64,000 bases of DNA, from contig CAKZLY010000030.1 in assembly GCA_937127445.1 (NCBI GenBank), positions 10,023 to 74,022 on the forward strand. The letters run 5' to 3'. The notes under the pieces were generated by a model. It made no database searches. It was not told the origin of the DNA and saw nothing but the letters and a program-made list of their open reading frames with translations. A program made the translations under genes and the position numbers. This stretch comes from an uncultured Ignavibacteria bacterium. GTDB lineage: Bacteria > Bacteroidota > Ignavibacteria > Kapaibacteriales > UBA2268. This document shows positions 48,725 to 57,108 of the stretch, piece by piece (position 1 is the stretch's first letter; each line of letters begins with the position of its first letter).

Positions 48725-48763
48725 AAAAAAAGGCTGCCACAAAACTCAAGGACAGCCTTTTTT
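48725..48763 (-). terminator. Bidirectional-type terminator after pckA (GGCTGCC hairpin family)
   Basis: AAAAAAAGGCTG-ccacaaaactcaagga-CAGCCTTTTTT, 16 nt after the pckA stop. Confidence 0.75.
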
Positions 48764-48779
48764 AATATATAACAGTGGA

Positions 48780-50435
48780 TTAATAATTACGAACTAAACG
48801 CTGAGGACCTGCTTTTTTGACTTCATCTGGACAACCACTTTCGAACAATTTGAAGTTTTCGATGTAGCGAGCAGCGAGAGCATCGTATTTGCTCCAATAT
48901 TCGTCTTTATTACCCCAAGCGTTAGATGGTTCGAGTACATCATCGGGGACACCCGGACAAGTAAGAGGAACTTGGAAGCCAAAAACTTTGTCAGTTCTGT
49001 ATTCAACATTATCGAGCAGACCGTCCAAAGCAGCATTCAGCATATTGCGGGTATGGCGAATACTTATGCGCTTACCGACTCCAAATTTACCACCAACCCA
49101 ACCGGTATTGACGAGCCAACAGCGAGTGCCGTGTTTTTCCATCTTGCTACGCAACAAATTAGCATAGTAAAAAGGATGATGAACCATAAAAGGCGCACCA
49201 AAGCAGGCACTGAAAGTAATTTCAGGTTCAATACCGAGGCCGATTTCTGTTCCAGCTATTTTTGAAGTATATCCGCTGATGAAATGATACATAGCTTGAT
49301 TCATATCGAGACGTGCAATAGGAGGGAGCACGCCAGTTGCATCGCAAGTAAGGAAGATAACATCTTTTGGATGAGTGCGCGACATTTTTTCAGGAAGCGA
49401 GTTAGGGATAAAATCAAGCGGATACGAAGCACGTGTATTTTCGGTCAGCATATCATCGTCTAAATCAATTTTACGAGAAGCTGGATCGTAGATAACATTT
49501 TCCAGAATAGTACCAAAACGACGAGTACAGGAATAGATTTCAGGTTCGTGTTCAGCAGAAAGACGAATAACTTTGGCATAGCAACCACCTTCGAAGTTGA
49601 AAACACCTTCATCGCTCCAACCGTGTTCGTCGTCGCCAATTAATTTACGGCGTGGATCAGCAGAAAGAGTAGTCTTGCCAGTTCCGGAAAGTCCAAAGAA
49701 GAGAGCAACACTACCATCGTTGCCAACGTTAGCAGAGCAGTGCATTGCCATAACGTTTTCGAGTGGTTTCAGGAAATTCATAACAGTAAAGATAGTTTTC
49801 TTAATTTCGCCGCCATACATACTGCCGGCAACAATAGCCATACGTTTAGCAAAATTTATTACCATAGCGGTTTCAGTTCGAGTACCGTCAATTTTTGGGT
49901 CGGCTTTGAATGATGGAGCAGCGAGCAAAGTAAATTCAGGAACGTGATTTTTCAAAGTGTCGCGATTTTCAATTGGAATAAACATATTGCGAGCAAAAAG
50001 ACTCTGCCAAGCATATTCAGTAACAATTCTAATAGGCATACGGTAATTTGGGTCGGCACCGACGTAACAATCTTGTACGAAAAGTTCTTCGCCCTGCCAA
50101 TATGCAAGCAATCGAGTGAGCAAGGAATTGAAGTTCTCCTGGGTAACGGGACGGTTGTAAACACCCCACCAAATTTTATCCCGAGTAAGTTCTTCGTCGA
50201 CAATAAATTTATCATTTGCAGCGCGAGCAGTCCATTTACCGGTATTTACAACGAGGGCGCCGCCAGTGGTAAGATGTCCTTCACCACGAAAGACAGCTTC
50301 TTCGATAAGAGCTGGAGTAGGCAAATTCCAATAAACCCTATCTAAATGTTGCAATCCGTGATTAGCGAGTTTGTAATCGCTTGCATATTCACGCGCATGC
50401 TTTGAGGCTGGGGTAGGAAATTCTAAATATTTCAT
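48780..50435 (-). CDS. pckA: Phosphoenolpyruvate carboxykinase (ATP)
   Basis: YGGEIKK; MHCSAN; FFGLSGTGKTTLS; LIGDDEHGW; NFEGGCYAK; TENTRASYP; FSACFGAPF; WLVNTGW. ATG 50435 overlaps the upstream TGA. Confidence 0.96.
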   Translation of the reverse strand: MKYLEFPTPASKHAREYASDYKLANHGLQHLDRVYWNLPTPALIEEAVFRGEGHLTTGGALVVNTGKWTARAANDKFIVDEELTRDKIWWGVYNRPVTQENFNSLLTRLLAYWQGEELFVQDCYVGADPNYRMPIRIVTEYAWQSLFARNMFIPIENRDTLKNHVPEFTLLAAPSFKADPKIDGTRTETAMVINFAKRMAIVAGSMYGGEIKKTIFTVMNFLKPLENVMAMHCSANVGNDGSVALFFGLSGTGKTTLSADPRRKLIGDDEHGWSDEGVFNFEGGCYAKVIRLSAEHEPEIYSCTRRFGTILENVIYDPASRKIDLDDDMLTENTRASYPLDFIPNSLPEKMSRTHPKDVIFLTCDATGVLPPIARLDMNQAMYHFISGYTSKIAGTEIGLGIEPEITFSACFGAPFMVHHPFYYANLLRSKMEKHGTRCWLVNTGWVGGKFGVGKRISIRHTRNMLNAALDGLLDNVEYRTDKVFGFQVPLTCPGVPDDVLEPSNAWGNKDEYWSKYDALAARYIENFKLFESGCPDEVKKAGPQRLVRNY

Positions 50436-51649
50436 AGCCAATCCCTCACTAATTTACGTTCACCGATATAAAGTTCGTTAGGTGAGTTCGGGTCCAAAGC
50501 CCATTTAATGCGTTCGATACCTTCAGTAATATCTTTAATAGAACCGCAAGTGGAGAGGCGCAAGAATCCTTCCATACCGAATTCAATACCTGGAACTGTA
50601 AGAACGCGAACCTTTTCGAGTAGGAACTCGCTTAGTTTGTGAGAATCTTTTTCGTAATGGCTAAAATCAACAAAGCAGTAGAATGTTCCATCTGGTTTGT
50701 AAGCGCGAACACCTTCGAAAGCATTAAGTCGCTCCATCATTACATTACGATTGTTTTCGAGAGTGCGACGTAGGTTCTCAACACCAGATTGAGTACCGTT
50801 CAAAGCACCGACCGCAGCTTTTTGAAGCACAACGCTTGGACCTGATGTCTGATGTCCCTGAATGTTAGTCATAACACGGATTAAATTTTTATTAGCAACA
50901 GCCCAACCGATACGGAAACCAGTCATTGAATATTGTTTACTAATACCATTGATAAGGATTAATTTGGAGTTTTCACCCAAATCATTGGCATATTCATAGC
51001 AATTGATAGGCTTGCGACCGTCGAATATAAGGCGATGATAAATATCATCCATAATTAAATAAAGGTTACGCTTTTCGCAAAATTCTACTATATCGCGAAT
51101 AAAATCTTCCGAATACATTGCACCAGTTGGGTTATTCGGGCTGTTAATAATTACACATTTAGTGTAGGAAGTAACCACACGTTCGATATCCTGAATTCTT
51201 GGGTAAAAAGTTCCATCTTCTGGATAGACAGGTACAGGCACTGCACCGATTAGTTTGCACATTTCAGGATAAGAAACCCAGTAAGGGGCAGGGAAGATAC
51301 ATTCTTCCTGAGGATTAAGTATTGCCTGAAGAGCTACCATAATGGCTTGTTTAGCACCGCCGGAGATAATTACGTTTTCTGGCTCAACTTTTCTGTCGTA
51401 GAAATCCTGGGTATATCTAATGACAGCTTGTTTAAGTTCGGGAATCCCATCGGCAGGAGTGTAGCGAACTTCGGCACTATTGAGCAAAGAAACTGCTTGA
51501 AGAATGGCATCGAGAGGTGCTTTTGTTTTGGGTTCGCCACCGCCAAGATGAATAACAGGTTCGCCTTTTGCTCGAAGTACAGCGGCAATTTCATTAAGTC
51601 GAAGGGTGGCTGATTCTGAAATAGATTTTCCTATTAAACTAATACTCAT
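50432..51649 (-). CDS. PLP-dependent class I/II aminotransferase (aspartate aminotransferase-like)
   Basis: YTPADGIPELK; GAKQA; PYWVSY; NSPNNPTG; DDIY; SKQYSMTGFRIG. ATG 51649 preferred. Confidence 0.92.
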   Translation of the reverse strand: MSISLIGKSISESATLRLNEIAAVLRAKGEPVIHLGGGEPKTKAPLDAILQAVSLLNSAEVRYTPADGIPELKQAVIRYTQDFYDRKVEPENVIISGGAKQAIMVALQAILNPQEECIFPAPYWVSYPEMCKLIGAVPVPVYPEDGTFYPRIQDIERVVTSYTKCVIINSPNNPTGAMYSEDFIRDIVEFCEKRNLYLIMDDIYHRLIFDGRKPINCYEYANDLGENSKLILINGISKQYSMTGFRIGWAVANKNLIRVMTNIQGHQTSGPSVVLQKAAVGALNGTQSGVENLRRTLENNRNVMMERLNAFEGVRAYKPDGTFYCFVDFSHYEKDSHKLSEFLLEKVRVLTVPGIEFGMEGFLRLSTCGSIKDITEGIERIKWALDPNSPNELYIGERKLVRDWL

Positions 51650-51873
51650 AAAAAAATACTCCAATACTAAAAATTAAAAAATATAATAAAATTAAGTTTC
51701 TAAATTAAAATAAAGAAAATTAAGCAGAATCTGAGGAGCCAAATTTTAGTGGCAGTGAATATTTCAAGTAAAAATTACTCATATAAAATAACAGTAATGT
51801 AAGTAACACTCATTAAAAAGCAAATATTATAATTTTAATCGAAAAAAAAAAATAAAATTAAGAGTTATTAAAC

Positions 51874-51901
51874 AAAAAAGCCCGATTTTTCAACCGGGCT
51901 T
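51874..51901 (-). terminator. Rho-independent terminator of the TonB-receptor operon
   Basis: Minus strand AAGCCCG-gttgaaaaat-CGGGCTTTTTT, 20 nt after stop 51922. Confidence 0.8.
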
Positions 51902-51921
51902 CTGAAAAAAGGTGTGAAACG

Positions 51922-53946
51922 TTATTTCACAACCGGAATATTTATAGTATAAACATTTTTAGCAGTAATAATTTGAAGGTAGTAAATACCAGTGGAAAGT
52001 TGAGAAGAATTAAGCATAAATTGGTGAGTACCGGCGTTTTGGAATTGATTTTCGAAAAAAATTGATTTAACAGAACCGGTAGCATCAACCAAGCGTATTG
52101 TAGCATTGCCGCTTTCTGGTAAAATATAAGTTACAACAGTGTATTCATTAGCTGGAAGAGGTGCAGCTTCGGCTTTGAATTGTGGCAACAGATTAGTGGA
52201 ATAATCGTCGTTAACACTTGTATAGACTTTGTTTACAGGATTATATTCAGCCCAAGGCAAGTCCCAACGTTCAGTATGGAATGCGCCGCGATAGGGAACT
52301 TTATCAAAGTATGGATCGTTGAGAGTAACAGCTGCATTCGAAGCTGTCCAATTAGCTTTATTTAGATAGTCTGCATCACTTGCTGGGAGAGGGTTAAATA
52401 CCCCAGTAGTTCCCGGAAAAGCACCGGGCACTTTTGCATAAACAGCAACTGGGCCAGCTTGATTAATAAATCTATTGCCAAATTCTTCTTTAGCAAGCCA
52501 ATTAGCGTCAACATTACCTTGTTGAGTTGTTCCACTGCCAAAATAAAAGAATTTATTGTTTTTAATTCCGTAGAAATCATTGTAGCGAACCATAATGGAG
52601 TCGTTAGAAGCAGCAAGCACTGTATTATTATTAGTAAGTTCGAGACCAGCATTATAGCCCATAATTACAGAATTAACAAGGTTCATACGGCTATTACGGC
52701 GTATTTGAACAGCAGTAAGGTGCTTTGAATGGTATTTATTAGCACCTGTCCCGACAGTCCAGCTAGTATCAGCAAGGGGACCTACAACAGTAACATTTGA
52801 AAATATTGGATTTGTATATGGGGTATTATAGGAAGATTTTGAGTCGTTATCACTTTCGAATGATTCGGAATTAGATTGATCCGCTATATCTGGATAGCGA
52901 ACAATGAGAACGTGTTGAACTTTGCCACGAAAACCATTATCAGTGTCCATATCGTCGTCAATAGTATTATATGAAATTAAATATTTAGCGTTAACAGTAC
53001 CGCCGAACCATTCGTAAGCATCATCGCCAGCATATGAAACCATAACGTGACTGATAATCGTACGACGCCCTACACCACCCATAGTGAGCGAATTAAGCTC
53101 ATTATCTGGAGATTCTGCAATACCTGCAAACTCGATACGAACATACTGAACAACACCGCTGGAATCATCATCGTCTGCAACACCACCAATAGGACCATAT
53201 TTAACATCCAATCCGCCTTCGATAGCAGCTTCGCCGAGGTTGGTGGAAGCCTTACCAGCAATAATCAGCCCACCCCAATCACCACGATCTCGATTACCAG
53301 GAGCAAAGCCAGAGGTCATCACGATAGGTTTTTCAGGTGTTCCTTTAGCATAGATTTTACCACCGCGTTTTATAACGATTGCTGAAATATCATTTGGGTC
53401 GCCCAAAATGACAGTTCCTGGGTTTATTCTTAAAGTAGCGCCATCTTCAACGTATAATACTTTTTTCAACTGATAAATTTTGGATGCGCTCAAAGTAATT
53501 GTATTTGTTAAGTTACCTCCAATAAGTGAGTCAGCTGTTGCTGGAGGAGGAGTATATATATTTATTGGACCTTGAATTCCATAAAGGTCTTCATTATTAA
53601 CTTCGTTCATTTTAATCCAGACCTGAGATCTTCTTGGTAAAGTAATAACAGTTCTACCGGAAGCAGCATTAGCGTTGCTACTTGAAACATCTTTATAGGA
53701 CCTAGCATTTTTAGCAAGAGCAAGCAAAGACCACGGACCATCAGGACTTTCGGACCATTTAAATTCAAAAGTTTTACCCCAGGTACGATCGCCAGATTTT
53801 GTTAAAGTATCCCAAGAAATAGTAATAGTTTGACCGACACGATAAGTTGAATTTGCTTTTGGCTCTTTGATAGTCAAAGAGGGTTCAGCTGCATTCAACA
53901 CATAAGCGAAAAGAAAAGCGATTGCAAGAAATAAAGCATTTTTCAT
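51922..53946 (-). CDS. Secreted protein (probable beta-helix core) with T9SS C-terminal sorting domain
   Basis: SPI signal; GDWGGLIIAGKA; DDSSGVVQYVRIEFAG; DDAYEWFGGTVN; DDDMDTDNG; CTD LSTGIYYLQI...IPVVK. ATG 53946 follows AAGGGG. Confidence 0.8.
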   Translation of the reverse strand: MKNALFLAIAFLFAYVLNAAEPSLTIKEPKANSTYRVGQTITISWDTLTKSGDRTWGKTFEFKWSESPDGPWSLLALAKNARSYKDVSSSNANAASGRTVITLPRRSQVWIKMNEVNNEDLYGIQGPINIYTPPPATADSLIGGNLTNTITLSASKIYQLKKVLYVEDGATLRINPGTVILGDPNDISAIVIKRGGKIYAKGTPEKPIVMTSGFAPGNRDRGDWGGLIIAGKASTNLGEAAIEGGLDVKYGPIGGVADDDDSSGVVQYVRIEFAGIAESPDNELNSLTMGGVGRRTIISHVMVSYAGDDAYEWFGGTVNAKYLISYNTIDDDMDTDNGFRGKVQHVLIVRYPDIADQSNSESFESDNDSKSSYNTPYTNPIFSNVTVVGPLADTSWTVGTGANKYHSKHLTAVQIRRNSRMNLVNSVIMGYNAGLELTNNNTVLAASNDSIMVRYNDFYGIKNNKFFYFGSGTTQQGNVDANWLAKEEFGNRFINQAGPVAVYAKVPGAFPGTTGVFNPLPASDADYLNKANWTASNAAVTLNDPYFDKVPYRGAFHTERWDLPWAEYNPVNKVYTSVNDDYSTNLLPQFKAEAAPLPANEYTVVTYILPESGNATIRLVDATGSVKSIFFENQFQNAGTHQFMLNSSQLSTGIYYLQIITAKNVYTINIPVVK

Positions 53947-53977
53947 TAGATTCCCCTTAGAAGTTAATAAAAATGTA

Positions 53978-56863
53978 TTACATTTTATATCCGATGCCGA
54001 ATGAGAAAGAGCGGCCTTTTTTAGTTTTGAGAACATCGTTACCCATTTGTTTCCAGGTTATTTGTTCGTTAAGAATATCTTTGGCAACTAATTTTATATC
54101 AAGCGTATTGAAAATAGTTTGCGAAATAGATAAGTCGATAACATTTCTTGGTATTTCATAAACATGAGGGTCGCTAACAGGGTAACGAGTAATATCAGCC
54201 ACTTGAATAATTCTTTTACCAGCAACATTGTAGCTTGTATTGACAGAAGTTCCCCATTCAGGATGGAAATAGAACAAACCAATATTCAAAGAATATGGCG
54301 ATTGGCCCCACATAGTACGGTAGTCTTCGGCGTTATTTTGTTTTACGGTAATATCAGAATTAATAAGAGCTAAATTGAAATTGAGTGAGAAATAACGAGT
54401 CCAATCGGAAATAAAGCCTAAATTTTTTCTAGCTTCAAATTCTGCACCATAGTTAGTTGCGTGACCGTTAGCATTTGCAAAAGTTCTCTTATAATTACTC
54501 GAAGTACCGATGACAGATTCTTCGATAGCATTTTTGAATGATTTATAGAAGAGCGAGACAGAAATCACTTCGCCAGGATTTGGGAACATTTCCCAGCGGA
54601 GGTCGAAATTTCTGATAAGCGAGCGTTTCAAATTTGGATTGCCAGCGACATCGCCTTGGAAGTAAAAGTCGTAGAAAATAAATGGAGCATATTCACGCAA
54701 TGAAGGGCGAGTTAGAGTCTGACTTGCAGAAAAACGTAAATTCATTGTATTAGCAAGTTGATATATCAAATTAAAAGATGGAAGGATGTCTACATAACTT
54801 TCGTCAACAAAAGTTGAGTCGGTATTGTTCGAAGCTATTGGATATAAGCTCATAAGTTTTTGATTGCTACTTTCTATGCGTGCGCCTGTGATCACTCTAA
54901 ATTTATTGCCAGCAAGTTCGAAAGGAATATCAACCATAAGATAACCAGCTACTAAATTCTCATTTGCTTTATATGAATCTGTTGGTTTTGTTTCTTCGCC
55001 AATACCAAGACGTGATGGCTGGAAGTTTTCTGGATTAGAGAAAATATCTTCTGGTTCAAGTAAGAAATCAGAATTATAGAAGTCTTCGTCACCCCAATTT
55101 GGAACTATATAATTAAAATCTTCATCGTAATAATATTTCATCATCAAAGTGCCTTTGTTAATCACGAGCGAGCGGACATTGAAATCACGTTTTTTCTTTT
55201 CGAAGAGCAATCCAGTTTTGAGTTTTAGTGAACTAATAGGCAATGAAAAATTCAAAGCACCGGAGTATGCATCTTCGTTGAGATAAGAGAAAAATCTACC
55301 AGCTTGGTAGCCATTACCATTGAGGTCGTAAATGTCAATATGCCAGGGATTATCTTCGTTAGCTTTAGAATAGCGAACGCGTTTAAAATCAGGTTCGTCG
55401 CGTTTTGAGTTGGAATAGCCAAATTTCCAGTCTAAAAATGAATTATTCAAGAATGGCAAGTTATGTTCGCCAGTTAATTGAGTAGCAAATAGAGTTTTCT
55501 GAACAAATTGGAAGCCATATTGGCGAGTAATAACCTGATCTTTTCTACCAAGCATAATAGTAGTTTCATTATCAGAAGAATTATTATAAGTATTTTTTAT
55601 TGAAAACGTGTTGTTATCGTCGAGTTTGAAAGCAAAGTTGAACAATCCACCTAAATTTGTTGAAAAAGTGGAAACAGTGCCTTGATTGAAATTATAGACT
55701 TTGCCACTACTTTCCAGGGTAGCACGGAAAATTTCATCATAAGAATAGGAATTACCATAGAGTGCATTGGCTATAATACCGATTTCTGAATTACCTATGC
55801 GATAAATATCGGAGTAAGACATATTAATAGAACCGTTTAGCGGTGCTTTGATCGTGTCGCGTTTCCAAGTTTTACTGTTCAATGAACGACTGATCTCAAC
55901 CCACTCGCTTTGAGCTTGTTTGAGAATATTTTCGTTGTCTGAACGCAAGCGAGTAAAGAGGTTTCTCATATCTTGAGGTGACTTAGGGAAATTATTGGGA
56001 AGCGATCTTGTTCCATCGTCGAAACCGAGCCAATCGGTTTTGCCACCGTTATAAGTAATGAATTTTCTATTAAAGGTAAGATTATCAGTCATTGAAGTTC
56101 CGAAGCTAACTTTAAAGCTACGTGAAGAAGGGAAATCGACTGTATTAAGCTGAACCAATCCGCCAGCGAAGTTGCCAGGCAAATCAGGCGTAAAGGATTT
56201 AGCAACATTCGCATTTTGGAGGAAATCAGCAGGGAACATATCGAAAGAAAATGCTTTTTTATCGGGTTCGGTAGTAGCCAGAGCAGTTCCGTTAAGAGTA
56301 GTATTATTATAACGTTCGCTTACACCACGAACATAGACAAATTTATCACCAACAAGAGTAACGCCTGACACACGTCGTAACGATTGTCCTGCGTCGTTAT
56401 CGGGAGTTCTTTTTATTTCTTCAATACTAATTCCATCACTAACTTGAGATGCATTTTTACGTTGAGCAAGGATAGCAGATTCGTTGTTCAATTCGCGTCT
56501 AGCTTCGATAACAACTTCATCAGTTTTCTTAATAGTAGAAGAAAGAACAACATTCAATATATAATTTTGATTTTCTTTAAGTTCAATATTTTCGATTGTT
56601 TTTGTGTTATATCCGATATAGCTCACCTGAATTGAATAAACACCTGCTGGTAAGTTCAAAATTCGGTATTCACCTTTTGTATCAGTATAAGCACCAATTT
56701 TTTTACCTAAAATCAAAACAGAAGCTCTCCGCAAGACTTCTCCACTTTCCTCGTCTATAATTTTTCCTGAAATAGAAGCTTTTGATTGAGCTAAAAGAGC
56801 AGATGAAATACAAACATTCATCAGTAAGAAAAACAATAATATTTTTTTAATAAAATAATACAT
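53978..56863 (-). CDS. TonB-dependent receptor with N-terminal carboxypeptidase-regulatory-like domain
   Basis: ISGKIID...SYIGY; plug LRRVSGVT..YVRGVSERYN..KSFTPDLPG; barrel motifs GARIE, RPSLRE, GNPNLK, NFDLRWE. Confidence 0.93.
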   Translation of the reverse strand: MYYFIKKILLFFLLMNVCISSALLAQSKASISGKIIDEESGEVLRRASVLILGKKIGAYTDTKGEYRILNLPAGVYSIQVSYIGYNTKTIENIELKENQNYILNVVLSSTIKKTDEVVIEARRELNNESAILAQRKNASQVSDGISIEEIKRTPDNDAGQSLRRVSGVTLVGDKFVYVRGVSERYNNTTLNGTALATTEPDKKAFSFDMFPADFLQNANVAKSFTPDLPGNFAGGLVQLNTVDFPSSRSFKVSFGTSMTDNLTFNRKFITYNGGKTDWLGFDDGTRSLPNNFPKSPQDMRNLFTRLRSDNENILKQAQSEWVEISRSLNSKTWKRDTIKAPLNGSINMSYSDIYRIGNSEIGIIANALYGNSYSYDEIFRATLESSGKVYNFNQGTVSTFSTNLGGLFNFAFKLDDNNTFSIKNTYNNSSDNETTIMLGRKDQVITRQYGFQFVQKTLFATQLTGEHNLPFLNNSFLDWKFGYSNSKRDEPDFKRVRYSKANEDNPWHIDIYDLNGNGYQAGRFFSYLNEDAYSGALNFSLPISSLKLKTGLLFEKKKRDFNVRSLVINKGTLMMKYYYDEDFNYIVPNWGDEDFYNSDFLLEPEDIFSNPENFQPSRLGIGEETKPTDSYKANENLVAGYLMVDIPFELAGNKFRVITGARIESSNQKLMSLYPIASNNTDSTFVDESYVDILPSFNLIYQLANTMNLRFSASQTLTRPSLREYAPFIFYDFYFQGDVAGNPNLKRSLIRNFDLRWEMFPNPGEVISVSLFYKSFKNAIEESVIGTSSNYKRTFANANGHATNYGAEFEARKNLGFISDWTRYFSLNFNLALINSDITVKQNNAEDYRTMWGQSPYSLNIGLFYFHPEWGTSVNTSYNVAGKRIIQVADITRYPVSDPHVYEIPRNVIDLSISQTIFNTLDIKLVAKDILNEQITWKQMGNDVLKTKKGRSFSFGIGYKM

Positions 56864-57074
56864 AACTTAATACTCCTCCGGTTGTAAATTTTTTTTCAAT
56901 ACCTTTTTTCAGATAGGCAAAATTGTCTTTTTAAAATGAAGTGATAATAAACTAACAGTTAATAATGAGTGAACTTATTGATAAGCTGGAATCACTTGAA
57001 ACATAATCGGATTTATCAAAATGGTTAATTTTATGTTAATATTCCAAAAAGAACAATTTATAGTAAAATTTTAG

Positions 57075-57082
57075 TATTTTTG
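57075..57082 (+). promoter_or_regulatory. Bacteroidota-type -7 promoter element for the mrdA operon
   Basis: TATTTTTG 26 nt upstream of the start codon. Confidence 0.45.
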
Positions 57083-57108
57083 TAGTAGTATTAATAATAA
57101 TGTAGTTA

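Noticed and set aside
51720..51815. Slightly GC-richer patch upstream of the aminotransferase as a riboswitch or sRNA
   Set aside because: Only a 4-bp GCCA/TGGC stem is evident and I could not match it to any known riboswitch consensus; an Rfam/Infernal scan would settle it.
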